Source of the DNA: Bacteroidales bacterium UBA5833
Lineage (GTDB): Bacteria > Bacteroidota > Bacteroidia > Bacteroidales > Lentimicrobiaceae
Direction: 5' to 3'
Assembly: GCA_002433025.1 (NCBI GenBank)
Contig: DJGZ01000051.1
Span: 2,393-66,392 of the forward strand
DNA: 64,000 nucleotides
Shown: piece by piece, positions 46,360 to 55,513 of the stretch
How the letters are laid out: each line of letters starts with the position of its first letter
How positions within the stretch are numbered: position 1 is the first letter of the stretch
Made by a program: the position numbers and the translations under genes
Notes under the pieces: generated by a model
Database searches by the model: none
Told to the model about the DNA's origin: nothing
What the model saw: only the letters and a program-made list of their open reading frames with translations

Positions 46360-49300
46360 CTACCTGATTTCAACCCTGATTCCTTCCGAATGGGCTGAGA
46401 ACTCTGGAGCATACAGGCATTGAACGGTATTGACCCCGTTTGAGAAAATACCTTTTTGTGCCGCTGTCAGTGTATATTCAAATACCCAGGTGCCTTTCGG
46501 CAGGTAGTTGAAGAAGAAATTCGAAGCAGCATCACGGGTGTTTTCATAATAACCCAGTCCGCCGTTCCAGCGGAATCCCGAAAGGGCGTTCACAGGCTCG
46601 AAGCCTGCGGCCCGCATGCTTTTCAGGTGCACAAATTCCAGGTCGCGGTCGGTGCGGAGTTCTACCCTCACCACCACCTGCCGGCCAACCATGAGGGGAT
46701 TGTCTCCGCTGATTTCTTCGAGTACAGGCCCGGCATCGGTATTGGATTTTATATAAAACCTGCTGCTGATCTTCAGCGGACTGTCGTGTCCCGAAATCTT
46801 ATCGAGGTTTTCGAAATACTGCCAGTACATGGCACCCCAGGCCGGACCGGCGGTCGATTTGCTGACTACAATTTTACCCTTTTCAGGCTGAATTTCGCTT
46901 CCCTGCCATATGGTTTTCACATAACCAGTGCCGGCTTCAGGTTGGTTGTCCCGCGATGCCATATCAATGGGTTTGCCACCCAGTGTTACACTTATACCGG
47001 ATCCGGTCTGCAGCCAGTCGCCTCCGCGAAGCAGCAGCGCGTAAACGGCATCGGCGGTTGCGCGTGAGGTAGCCCAGCGTTGCGTCTGTTTCTGCTTCAG
47101 CAGCCAGGTTTTCATCTGGTCGACGGCTTTCGGATTGTTGCCAAGTTCTTCGAACAGTTCAATCAGCAGGGCCTGGGTTTCTACCGGCGCCTGATGCCAG
47201 AAATACCCTCCCCGGTTGTCGCGCCAGTACATGCCCATTTCAGGATGTGTAATTGCCCGCTCAAGCAGCGATTTCATAATGGCATTGGCCGTTTTAAGAT
47301 CCCCGGTGCGGCCGGCCCAGAGTGCAATCATTCCCTGAGCGTACAAGCCCTGCGAAGTCCAGTATTTGCGGGCCTGATTACCAAAATACTCAATTGCTTT
47401 CGAAGCTTTATCATCTTTACGGATAACATCCTGCAGATAACTTGCTGCAAACAGGTATTGCAGATGCTCATGACCGGGATGCTGTTTGTCGAAGTCTTTG
47501 GGATTGTCCTTCATAATCCGGGTGTAGTCTTCAATCAACCGCATGCTCAGGTAGTTGTTGGCCCGGCTGATCATTTCGAGGGACGCTTTGTCCTGCTTCA
47601 GATCCATAACTTTCAGATAATGCAGGCGTCCGAAGCCTGTCATTACCAGTTGGGTAATGTACCGGCTTTCGGGCATGCCCTCAAACCAGGGCCATCCGCC
47701 GTTGGCCGACTGCATTTGCTGAAGCTGCTGTTTCGCGGCCTCATGCATGGATGCCATGCGGTTTACATCGAACATCAGGGCGATGCGCTGCTTTTGCTCC
47801 GACTCGTTCTTTCCTTCCATCAGCCAGGGCGTTTCCTCCAGCACCAGGGCTTTCAGCTCCTGATTCTTTTCCAGATTCGAAAGCAGGGCATCAGGACTGA
47901 GGTTTTTCCAGGTTTCGAAAACGGCACGGATCTTCGGACTGCTGTTTGCAATATATGAAGCAAGACTATTGGCATACAGCCGGTTAAACACCGCATCGGA
48001 GTTTTCGGTCGTTTGTTCCGCAAGATAGGGGAGGGCCTGCACTGCATACCAGGCCGGATTGGATGTAAATTCAAGCGTCAGACGGTGGTTCCGTAAGGTC
48101 TGGCTTCCACCCGACTGATCAATCAGTCTGCTGAAAGTAAATGATCCGGATTCGTTTCCGTTGATGGGCAGGGGCAGGGTTTCGGTAACCAGCATACGGT
48201 TGGTCAGTACCGGCAGCATCACCTCCTCCCCGTCGCTGTGGTTTCCGGCAACGGCTGTTATCCGTACCATCACGGCCTCCATCCCTTCGGGTATGGCGAT
48301 CTCCCATTCCACAACGGTATTGCCGGCTGGTTCAGGTTCAAACGGTTTGGATGAAAGGGTATTTCCGAAAATGGCATCAACCGGGCTCATGGTCAGGGCA
48401 TCGAACAGCTCAAGCTTTGCAAGCCCCTGTACCGGATGCCCTGCCAGGCTGCTTATTTTAGTCTGAATGGTCATTTTATCGCCTTCGCGGAAAAAGCGGG
48501 GCAGGTTTGGCGTTACCATCAACTCTTTGCGGGTGACCACCTCTTTGCTGAACAGACCGTAACGCAGGCTTTCCGTATGTGCCAGACCCATGAAATTCCA
48601 GCGGGTGAGCGCCTCGGGTACGGTGAATTCCACCCAGACCTCTCCTTCCGCATTGGTGGTAAGGTGGGGGTAAAAGAATGCCGTTTCGTTAAGATTACGC
48701 CTGATTTGCGGGGGCTCAGCCTGTTTTCCGGCTCCGGCCTCTGCCGGCGTCTGATCGCTGATCAGGCCATCGGCATCATCCGCAGTTGGAGCAACAGCCA
48801 TTGCCTCAGGCATGCTTTCTTGCATGTTTTTCATCATTCCTGCACTTCTTCCCGCAGCAAACCGCTGGAATCCTCCATACATGCCGTATCCGAACCAGTT
48901 TAAAGCGTCATAGCTACGGATTACCGGATAATCAGGTCCGGTGGTCTGTCCCGGAAGGGTATAGCCTGGACTGCTGGCAAATGCGTTCCGGGTTTCCCAC
49001 TCCGGATTGTTGTATCGCCTTTCTGATAGGTTGAAATACCAGTTGTGCGGCAGGATGGCATCAAGGGAAGCATCGTACATTCCGGCCAGCAGTTCCGCAT
49101 TCAGCGGCTTTTCACCGGGATCCGTAATTTTCAGTTTCCATTTTTCGGTACCCCCGGGCAGAAGCGGACTCCGGAAGGTCTCAAACGCCACATTGAGCTG
49201 ATTCCGGCTGTCGGGGATAGTCACAGCGGTTGAATAATGATAGCTGCGGTTATCGTAAATCAGGGTCAGACTGATTTTTATTTCTCCGGTAAAAGTCTCC

Positions 49301-52300
49301 GGAATTTTATAGGAAAGCACCGCCTGGGCCTGTGAAATCTTTATCCGTTCACGGTAAACCGATTGCTCCTGCATCATCACTTCAAAATACAGCCGGGCAT
49401 TTTTCAGCGCTGAAGCTGTCAGTAAGCGGATTGTTTCCCCTGCTTTCGGGGCCGGGGTAAGCAAATATGCCCACAAAGCCTCATTTGCCGGCGCTTTTTT
49501 CGATTCCGGTGAAATGACCCGTACCACTTTATCAACCGTGACCCGCTCACCGAATGTATCCAGGGCGCTCAGGCGGACCAGGTAGCGGCCCGGCTCCCAT
49601 TTATCCAGCCCCGCGAAGGAAACCATGCTGTCCGTTGAGGTATGATAGTTCTTCCTGAAAACGGGTTTCCCCTTTTCGCCCGGTGATTCATCTTCGTTTA
49701 GAAAAACGTCGGAAGGCAGCCTGCGGATAAACTCTTCACGGGAATAGACAGCCGTATCCGGTGCAGACCATAAGCGCGGGCGGGTTATACGGGCAGGCTC
49801 CTTCAGGGTAAATACCTCCACGCTTACCTCAACCGGGGTTTTTTCACCGTTCAGATTGGTGGTGCTAAGTTTATAACTGCTCCCCGCTTCCCGGTTGATG
49901 ATTTCGGGTACCGACAATTCAGCCAGCAGCGCTTTGTTGCTTACCTGTACCACCGTTGTCGCCGAACGGGTCTCCCCGTTGATATCGGTTACATCCGAAT
50001 AGATGGTATAGGTGAATAGCGGGTTGTTTTTCAGCTGTGCCTGCGGATCGGGCATGGCCGTGAAACTGATCGAAAATGTGCCATCCGGTTCCGTAACAAG
50101 GGTTCCGTTGGCTATTTCACTTGCAGGCCGGTGAAACGGATAAAAACCCCATCCAAACCTGAAAAACGGCCATGAAACCGAACGTACCACCCGGTAACTG
50201 ACCACCGCACCGCTTACCGGAACTCCGGTATAACTTTCGGCCCTGCCCGGAACAGTAACCTGTTCATTCAGCCGGTAACTGCCTTTTACAGGCATAAATT
50301 CCACTTCAAACTTCGGCCGTTTGTATTCTTCCACATTAAAATAAGTACTTCCGCTTTTATTGTCGATGCGGTACTGGCCGCCCGGACCTGAAACAGGAAG
50401 TACGAAAGAACCGCTGAACGAACCGTATTTATTTGAGGTTACTTCAATCGATGAAAGCTCCCGGCCATTGGCATCGAAAAGCGAAACCACAGACTGGTTG
50501 CCGGTCAATATCCGGTTATTGTCCTCTTGCGTACCAACAACTATTCCCTTGAAATAAATGGTTTGTCCCGGCCGGTATATGGAGCGGTCGGTAAACAGGA
50601 ATGTCCGTGTTTTTTCCCCTGTGTTCTGACGGCTGTCGCGGTAGGGTGAAAAATAGTTCTCGGCTACCAGACGATCATTTCCAAGGGAAAAGTCAAAGGA
50701 AAGATTCCTGTAGTTTCGTTCACCGGCGCTTTTCACCAGGAACATACCTTCGGCATCGCTGTGGTAAACATCCCCGTTTTTGCGCTCATTGCTGCGTGTA
50801 CGGTAATTATACTCTCGGGTAAAGGTCTGGATTTTAACATCTTTAACTGGCTCGCCGGTTTCCCGGTTCAGCACCCTGAAAACGCCTGAACCATCGGTGT
50901 TTCTGCGGTTTACATAGCTGAGGGCCGATGACCAGAAGTCCTGCATGGCAACCGGACTGCTTTTCGGGTCGAAAGCGCTGTTGGAAGATACAATCAGGAG
51001 GTGGTATCCCGCTTCGGTGGCCGGATGGATTGCCTCGATGCTGTGATTTTTGTAATCTCCGGTTTCGGGGAGACGGATATTCCACTCTCTCAGGGATTTT
51101 AATTTCAGGTATTTTTCAGCCGAACGTTCGCTGTAAAGTTCCTGTTTCACATTGATATGCTCGTCGTAGTCTAATTCTATCAACCGGAACCAAAGTTGGG
51201 GGATATTCCTGAAGGTTACCAGCATCGGAAACTCCCTGCCGGGGACCACTTCTCTGTTCAGGGTGATGTCCAGCGAAGGTGCTTCGATTGAATTCAGGAT
51301 AATTTTACAATTTTTTGCTCCATCGCTGTCCGGATATTGATCAATGGCTTTCAGGCACCATTCGCGGGCAATCACGTAATAACGGCCGGTTTCCTCTCCC
51401 GGGACATCAAAATTCTCTTCTTTTTCCTGCCAGAAGCGGGCAATTTTTTCGATTACATCGGCGGCAACAGCATTGCCCCTGTATTTTTCCTCCAGCCGGA
51501 GCAGGGTGGCCAGGTACAGGCTGTCGGCCGACCTTACGTTCCCGTTGGTTCTTACAAAACCGAGGCGTTTAAGTGCGGCATCCATCAGCGGAAGCGGGTC
51601 GACGGAGCCGGAGTGGAATTTTTCGACCGCCTGCGCGATCTTTAACGCCTGATAATGAAAGGAGAGGGTATCGGATGTTTGTATGGTAAGTTCTGTAAAC
51701 ACCACGGATTCAGCCAGCATGCCGGGATCCTGCATTGTAAAAGGCCTTACGGGGCGGGTAATGGAGGCTTCGTCATTCATATAGAAATCGATGGCCCTGT
51801 GTGCCAGGAAGTCATAAAGCGTTGGCCGGAATTTTTTCGATCCTTCCGCGGTTTCCAGTATGGGGTCGTACCCTTTCAGCGAAACCGATTGCAGAAGGCC
51901 GGCATTTGCAAGAGAGGCACTATATAGCTGTGAAACCTTTTCCACAAAGCGGCGGGCATCCCAGGTCGCCATGTCCGTTGACCGGTCATTGTGTACGACG
52001 GTCTGACCGAGGATGCGGTAGCGGTTTTGCTGATAATACTGCCAATAGAGCTCGGCCAGCATCGAGTTCAGCACCTGCCGGGCCGGTTCCGCTTTTAAGG
52101 ACAGATTTTTTTCTGTTTCACCGATATACTTTTCAATGAAATTTTCCTCGAAATCGCCGCGCAGTCTTAATTGATAGATCGATGCCTTCAGGAATTCCGG
52201 CATATCGCCCTTCTTTTCCGTTTCCGGAAGGTAGGCGTTCACCAGATCCAGCGCCGATTGCGGAAGCCCCTGCGCTACCAGGGAGTCAACCGTTTTCCAA

Positions 52301-52437
52301 AATCCGTTGCCGTTGCCGCTTGTTGTCATCCCCTGATCAGGTTTAGCGGTTGCGGATTGTGAATGAAGGAAACCCAGGGCAATGGCTGTTACCATGACAA
52401 ATAACAGGCTGATAGCCAGAAAAATATACTTTTTCAT
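46360..52437 (-). CDS. alpha-2-macroglobulin family protein, thioester-less type
   Basis: 2025-aa ORF with a signal peptide and no lipobox, many MG-like beta domains and a TED-like helical region. The expected GCxEQ position reads LPYLAEQTTEN, so there is no Cys. Confidence 0.9.
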   Translation of the reverse strand: MKKYIFLAISLLFVMVTAIALGFLHSQSATAKPDQGMTTSGNGNGFWKTVDSLVAQGLPQSALDLVNAYLPETEKKGDMPEFLKASIYQLRLRGDFEENFIEKYIGETEKNLSLKAEPARQVLNSMLAELYWQYYQQNRYRILGQTVVHNDRSTDMATWDARRFVEKVSQLYSASLANAGLLQSVSLKGYDPILETAEGSKKFRPTLYDFLAHRAIDFYMNDEASITRPVRPFTMQDPGMLAESVVFTELTIQTSDTLSFHYQALKIAQAVEKFHSGSVDPLPLMDAALKRLGFVRTNGNVRSADSLYLATLLRLEEKYRGNAVAADVIEKIARFWQEKEENFDVPGEETGRYYVIAREWCLKAIDQYPDSDGAKNCKIILNSIEAPSLDITLNREVVPGREFPMLVTFRNIPQLWFRLIELDYDEHINVKQELYSERSAEKYLKLKSLREWNIRLPETGDYKNHSIEAIHPATEAGYHLLIVSSNSAFDPKSSPVAMQDFWSSALSYVNRRNTDGSGVFRVLNRETGEPVKDVKIQTFTREYNYRTRSNERKNGDVYHSDAEGMFLVKSAGERNYRNLSFDFSLGNDRLVAENYFSPYRDSRQNTGEKTRTFLFTDRSIYRPGQTIYFKGIVVGTQEDNNRILTGNQSVVSLFDANGRELSSIEVTSNKYGSFSGSFVLPVSGPGGQYRIDNKSGSTYFNVEEYKRPKFEVEFMPVKGSYRLNEQVTVPGRAESYTGVPVSGAVVSYRVVRSVSWPFFRFGWGFYPFHRPASEIANGTLVTEPDGTFSISFTAMPDPQAQLKNNPLFTYTIYSDVTDINGETRSATTVVQVSNKALLAELSVPEIINREAGSSYKLSTTNLNGEKTPVEVSVEVFTLKEPARITRPRLWSAPDTAVYSREEFIRRLPSDVFLNEDESPGEKGKPVFRKNYHTSTDSMVSFAGLDKWEPGRYLVRLSALDTFGERVTVDKVVRVISPESKKAPANEALWAYLLTPAPKAGETIRLLTASALKNARLYFEVMMQEQSVYRERIKISQAQAVLSYKIPETFTGEIKISLTLIYDNRSYHYSTAVTIPDSRNQLNVAFETFRSPLLPGGTEKWKLKITDPGEKPLNAELLAGMYDASLDAILPHNWYFNLSERRYNNPEWETRNAFASSPGYTLPGQTTGPDYPVIRSYDALNWFGYGMYGGFQRFAAGRSAGMMKNMQESMPEAMAVAPTADDADGLISDQTPAEAGAGKQAEPPQIRRNLNETAFFYPHLTTNAEGEVWVEFTVPEALTRWNFMGLAHTESLRYGLFSKEVVTRKELMVTPNLPRFFREGDKMTIQTKISSLAGHPVQGLAKLELFDALTMSPVDAIFGNTLSSKPFEPEPAGNTVVEWEIAIPEGMEAVMVRITAVAGNHSDGEEVMLPVLTNRMLVTETLPLPINGNESGSFTFSRLIDQSGGSQTLRNHRLTLEFTSNPAWYAVQALPYLAEQTTENSDAVFNRLYANSLASYIANSSPKIRAVFETWKNLSPDALLSNLEKNQELKALVLEETPWLMEGKNESEQKQRIALMFDVNRMASMHEAAKQQLQQMQSANGGWPWFEGMPESRYITQLVMTGFGRLHYLKVMDLKQDKASLEMISRANNYLSMRLIEDYTRIMKDNPKDFDKQHPGHEHLQYLFAASYLQDVIRKDDKASKAIEYFGNQARKYWTSQGLYAQGMIALWAGRTGDLKTANAIMKSLLERAITHPEMGMYWRDNRGGYFWHQAPVETQALLIELFEELGNNPKAVDQMKTWLLKQKQTQRWATSRATADAVYALLLRGGDWLQTGSGISVTLGGKPIDMASRDNQPEAGTGYVKTIWQGSEIQPEKGKIVVSKSTAGPAWGAMYWQYFENLDKISGHDSPLKISSRFYIKSNTDAGPVLEEISGDNPLMVGRQVVVRVELRTDRDLEFVHLKSMRAAGFEPVNALSGFRWNGGLGYYENTRDAASNFFFNYLPKGTWVFEYTLTAAQKGIFSNGVNTVQCLYAPEFSAHSEGIRVEIR

Positions 52438-52542
52438 AAGAAGAATTTGTTATTTTCAATTCAAAGAAATTTATGAGATTTCAGTATCCCTCCGAGCGGG
52501 TAATTATTAGATGCAAGTTACGGCTTAATTCCATAAGCATCG

Positions 52543-53385
52543 CTATTTCTTTGATGCTGCGCCGTTTCCGTTACCTGAAGGCACTTTCGAAGAAAGGGGA
52601 TTTCTCAGGCCTTGGTAACTGATGAGTTCCATTTTTACGGAACCAACGATGACCGCCGATTTCACCATTACCGGAAGGCGGTTGAGGTCGTCGGTGATGT
52701 ACAATTCCATGGGATAAGGCTCGCTGAATACTTCGCCTTTGATGACCATGGGCTTAAATTTCAGGCAATTGAAAGTGCCGAGTTCGGTTTTTATTTGTTC
52801 ACGCCCCAGGAAAACGATTTTGGATACATACAGGGAGTCGTCGAGGAAAAACGGGAGGGGAAAGGATTCATTTGGCTTTACCCCGGTAATGTCGAGGGTA
52901 CGTGCATAATAGAAAACGGAGAGTATGTCCTGGGTGTTTTCGGGAATCTTCTTAACGGCATTCCGGCTTATGGCCAGGCCGTTGTTTTGCCTGAAGGTAA
53001 CTTCATCGTCTTTCTTGTAACCTCCTTCGCGGGTGCGGCGGATAAAATACCAGGGAATCAGTGCCTCACGGTCGATAAAGGTTTCAAACCGGTCGTTTAC
53101 CTTAAAAAACAGGTTAAAAGCACCCTTCGACTGCCCGGTGCCAATCACGTGGTAAGTTTCACGGCCGCTTTTGGTTACCGGTTTATTCTTTACTTCAAGT
53201 TTTGCTTCACCGGCAGTTACTTTACCGGTAAGCAATGAATGGTAATACACCCTGAAAGTCAGCTTTTCACCATGGCCAAAGGCGGTGTTGTCCACTTTCC
53301 GGTAGGGCTGGGAATAAACCGTACCAACTGTCAGTACCATTATGGTGAAAAGAAGATACCCGGATATATTTCGCCTTTTATTCAT
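52543..53385 (-). CDS. secreted DUF3108-like protein
   Basis: The track ORF extends to 53451, but a -7 box lies at 53449-53456. The start was therefore set at the ATG at 53385 (MNKRRNISGYLLFTIMVLTV). GEKLTFRVYYHSLLTGKVTAGEAKLEV resembles DUF3108. This is from memory. Confidence 0.65.
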   Translation of the reverse strand: MNKRRNISGYLLFTIMVLTVGTVYSQPYRKVDNTAFGHGEKLTFRVYYHSLLTGKVTAGEAKLEVKNKPVTKSGRETYHVIGTGQSKGAFNLFFKVNDRFETFIDREALIPWYFIRRTREGGYKKDDEVTFRQNNGLAISRNAVKKIPENTQDILSVFYYARTLDITGVKPNESFPLPFFLDDSLYVSKIVFLGREQIKTELGTFNCLKFKPMVIKGEVFSEPYPMELYITDDLNRLPVMVKSAVIVGSVKMELISYQGLRNPLSSKVPSGNGNGAASKK

Positions 53386-53448
53386 CAGACCTGTTTTCTG
53401 CAAAGTTTGCAAAAAGTGTTCCAAAACGGGGAATTGCCTTTTGTTTAA

Positions 53449-53456
53449 CAAATATA
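53449..53456 (-). promoter_or_regulatory. candidate -7 promoter box for the DUF3108-like gene
   Basis: The reverse complement TATATTTG fits TAnnTTTG and lies 63 nt upstream of the ATG at 53385. Confidence 0.5.
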
Positions 53457-53618
53457 CGGGATCAATGTTACTTGTAAAAAGGAGAATCGGGTGTTAACAG
53501 AATTACACAAAAACCTCTGTTCCGTCATAAGAAGGGACCTTGAAGTAATCCTGCCGGGAATGTACAGGCGGATGATTGGTTATACGGACATGGCGGGGTG
53601 CGGAGGATAAAATTCCTG

Positions 53619-53793
53619 TTACACCGCTACATTCGCGATTTTTCCCGGCACCGCAATAATCTGTTTGAGCGGCTTTCCTACAGGCCATTTGGCCGATTCG
53701 GATGTGATGTTATGGCATTTTCTGTTTCAGGGACCGGAAGGCCAGGCGGTGTTTATGCTTGAAATGGACCTTTAACGGTAACAATATACTCCG
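53619..53793 (-). pseudogene. decayed duplicate of the leuS 3' end (LeuRS C-terminal ~58 codons)
   Basis: Hand alignment with 55514-55690 shows about three quarters or more of the nucleotides identical. The minus-strand translation ends SESAKWPVGKPLKQIIAVPGKIANVAV-stop, against [27 protein letters not shown]-stop in the real LeuRS. Upstream, PPGLPVPETENAITSH aligns with [16 protein letters not shown] only after a 1-nt frameshift, and an in-frame TAA is present. Confidence 0.8.
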
Positions 53794-53800
53794 GTTAATT

Positions 53801-55426
53801 TTAGTCTGAGTTCCTGGCATTATTTGCCGTTACACGGCAGACATAAACTGTATCTATGGGTTTTAATGTGAGGCTCCAGGGGGCGATTTTCATCGAAGAA
53901 GAATAGAGACTGCCAAAATTGTTACCGGAGAAAAAGGTCAGCGGACAGAATTCTTCATAATACTTTCCGGTTATTTCCAGGGTAAGGTTTTTACTGAAAT
54001 CCTGCCTCGGTATATTGGCCGGATAGATGAATACATCGCCGGGCCTGACTTCAGGAGTTCCTGTTTCATACTGTTTTAATCCGTAACTTGTTGTATACCA
54101 CTGCCAGCCCCAGTGGCCGGCTGTCCAAACGCCGGCAGGTTGCAGTGCTGCAGATTTCTCCGCCATTCTTCTGTAGAATCCCGCGTAAGTATAATCTGAA
54201 ACTCCAAGCATAAGACCCATGAAAACAGTTGCTGCCAGCGAAAGCCTGTTTATTGCTTTCCCTGAATTTTCAAATATCCCGGATGTGAAAAGCAAAATAA
54301 AAGGAAGTATCAGCAGAATGTGTCTGGTTGCCATAAAAGGGGCAAAAAGTATCATAAATGACGCCAGTGCAGCGGCAAAAAGGAATATGGTAAATGCTCC
54401 GGTACTGATATACTGCTGAAACCCGTTTTTCCGGGATTCTGTCAGGAATTTGCTGAGAAGCACGGTAAAAACAATCAGTCCGTTCAGGACAAACAGAACA
54501 TTGAACAGATCGCTTAAACCTGATTCGGGGACAAAACCCATGGCAAAAGCAATGACCAGCAGGAGAAAGAGGGAAAATAAGACAAATATGCCGGTTCGCA
54601 CGAATGGCCTCTTCAGGCAGCCATAAACCATAGCAGCCGAAAAAAATGCCATTGAGCCGGTGGCAGCCAGAAAAGACCATAAGCGATTGATGTGCAGCCC
54701 GCTTCTGGGCCTGTCAAGAAAATGAACAGAACCATATTCCATGAAATTCCACACCGACCAGAGAGAAAGCATGCCCAAAGGGATCAGCAGCACCACCAGG
54801 AATTTGTATTCCCGCCGGATGATAATCACCAGCGTTAGCACGACAAGCAGGGGCAAAACGGAGTATTTTATAAGCAATCCAATACCCATAAAAAGTGCGG
54901 AAAAACCATATCCGATGCCTTTACTATCTCCTTCTGCCCTGACCAGAAAAAGTGCGGCCGCCAGCACCGTCACCAGTAAAGGGACATCGGTCATCAGGTT
55001 CTGGTTTACTACCAACGCCGGGTTCAATGCAAACAACACCAACAGGAGGCTTCCATTATTAAGCCTCAGCCTGTCTGTTAATTTTCTGAACAGAAGCAAG
55101 GCCAGCAAGGTAAATGCCGACATAAACAGGTGTAATGCTGTTTCGCCGGCACCCAACAGCGAAATCGCCAGGGCAAGCAGGTAGAAAAACAGCGGAGGCT
55201 GGTTGTGGGTGTAGAGCGGGGTTGGATAATCCAGCCAGTTGATGTTACCCGACATGGGTGCAGCAGGGTGTTCCCTGATCCACAACGCGGCTTCCAGGTG
55301 AAAGGTGTCGTCGATGTGATAGGCCTTGCTGATGTTTATGGCCGTTAATACCACCCACAACAGGAGTATCAGGTAGTTACGGTTACTGCTGTCAGTTACC
55401 GGATGATTTTCGGGCAAATCAGACAT
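53801..55426 (-). CDS. GT-C fold glycosyltransferase (GT39/GT83, ArnT/PMT_2-like)
   Basis: 541-aa ORF with about 12 TM helices, a first-loop acidic motif YHIDDTFHLE and NQPPLFFYL, as in lipid-linked sugar transferases. No own -7 box, so it is probably co-transcribed with leuS. Confidence 0.7.
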   Translation of the reverse strand: MSDLPENHPVTDSSNRNYLILLLWVVLTAINISKAYHIDDTFHLEAALWIREHPAAPMSGNINWLDYPTPLYTHNQPPLFFYLLALAISLLGAGETALHLFMSAFTLLALLLFRKLTDRLRLNNGSLLLVLFALNPALVVNQNLMTDVPLLVTVLAAALFLVRAEGDSKGIGYGFSALFMGIGLLIKYSVLPLLVVLTLVIIIRREYKFLVVLLIPLGMLSLWSVWNFMEYGSVHFLDRPRSGLHINRLWSFLAATGSMAFFSAAMVYGCLKRPFVRTGIFVLFSLFLLLVIAFAMGFVPESGLSDLFNVLFVLNGLIVFTVLLSKFLTESRKNGFQQYISTGAFTIFLFAAALASFMILFAPFMATRHILLILPFILLFTSGIFENSGKAINRLSLAATVFMGLMLGVSDYTYAGFYRRMAEKSAALQPAGVWTAGHWGWQWYTTSYGLKQYETGTPEVRPGDVFIYPANIPRQDFSKNLTLEITGKYYEEFCPLTFFSGNNFGSLYSSSMKIAPWSLTLKPIDTVYVCRVTANNARNSD

Positions 55427-55513
55427 CTGATTTATGACTAAGGTTCACTATTTAAGCCTGATACTGAGCGGATCATGTTCTTTACAGCCTCTTCCTGCCA
55501 GCCGGCGAATATT

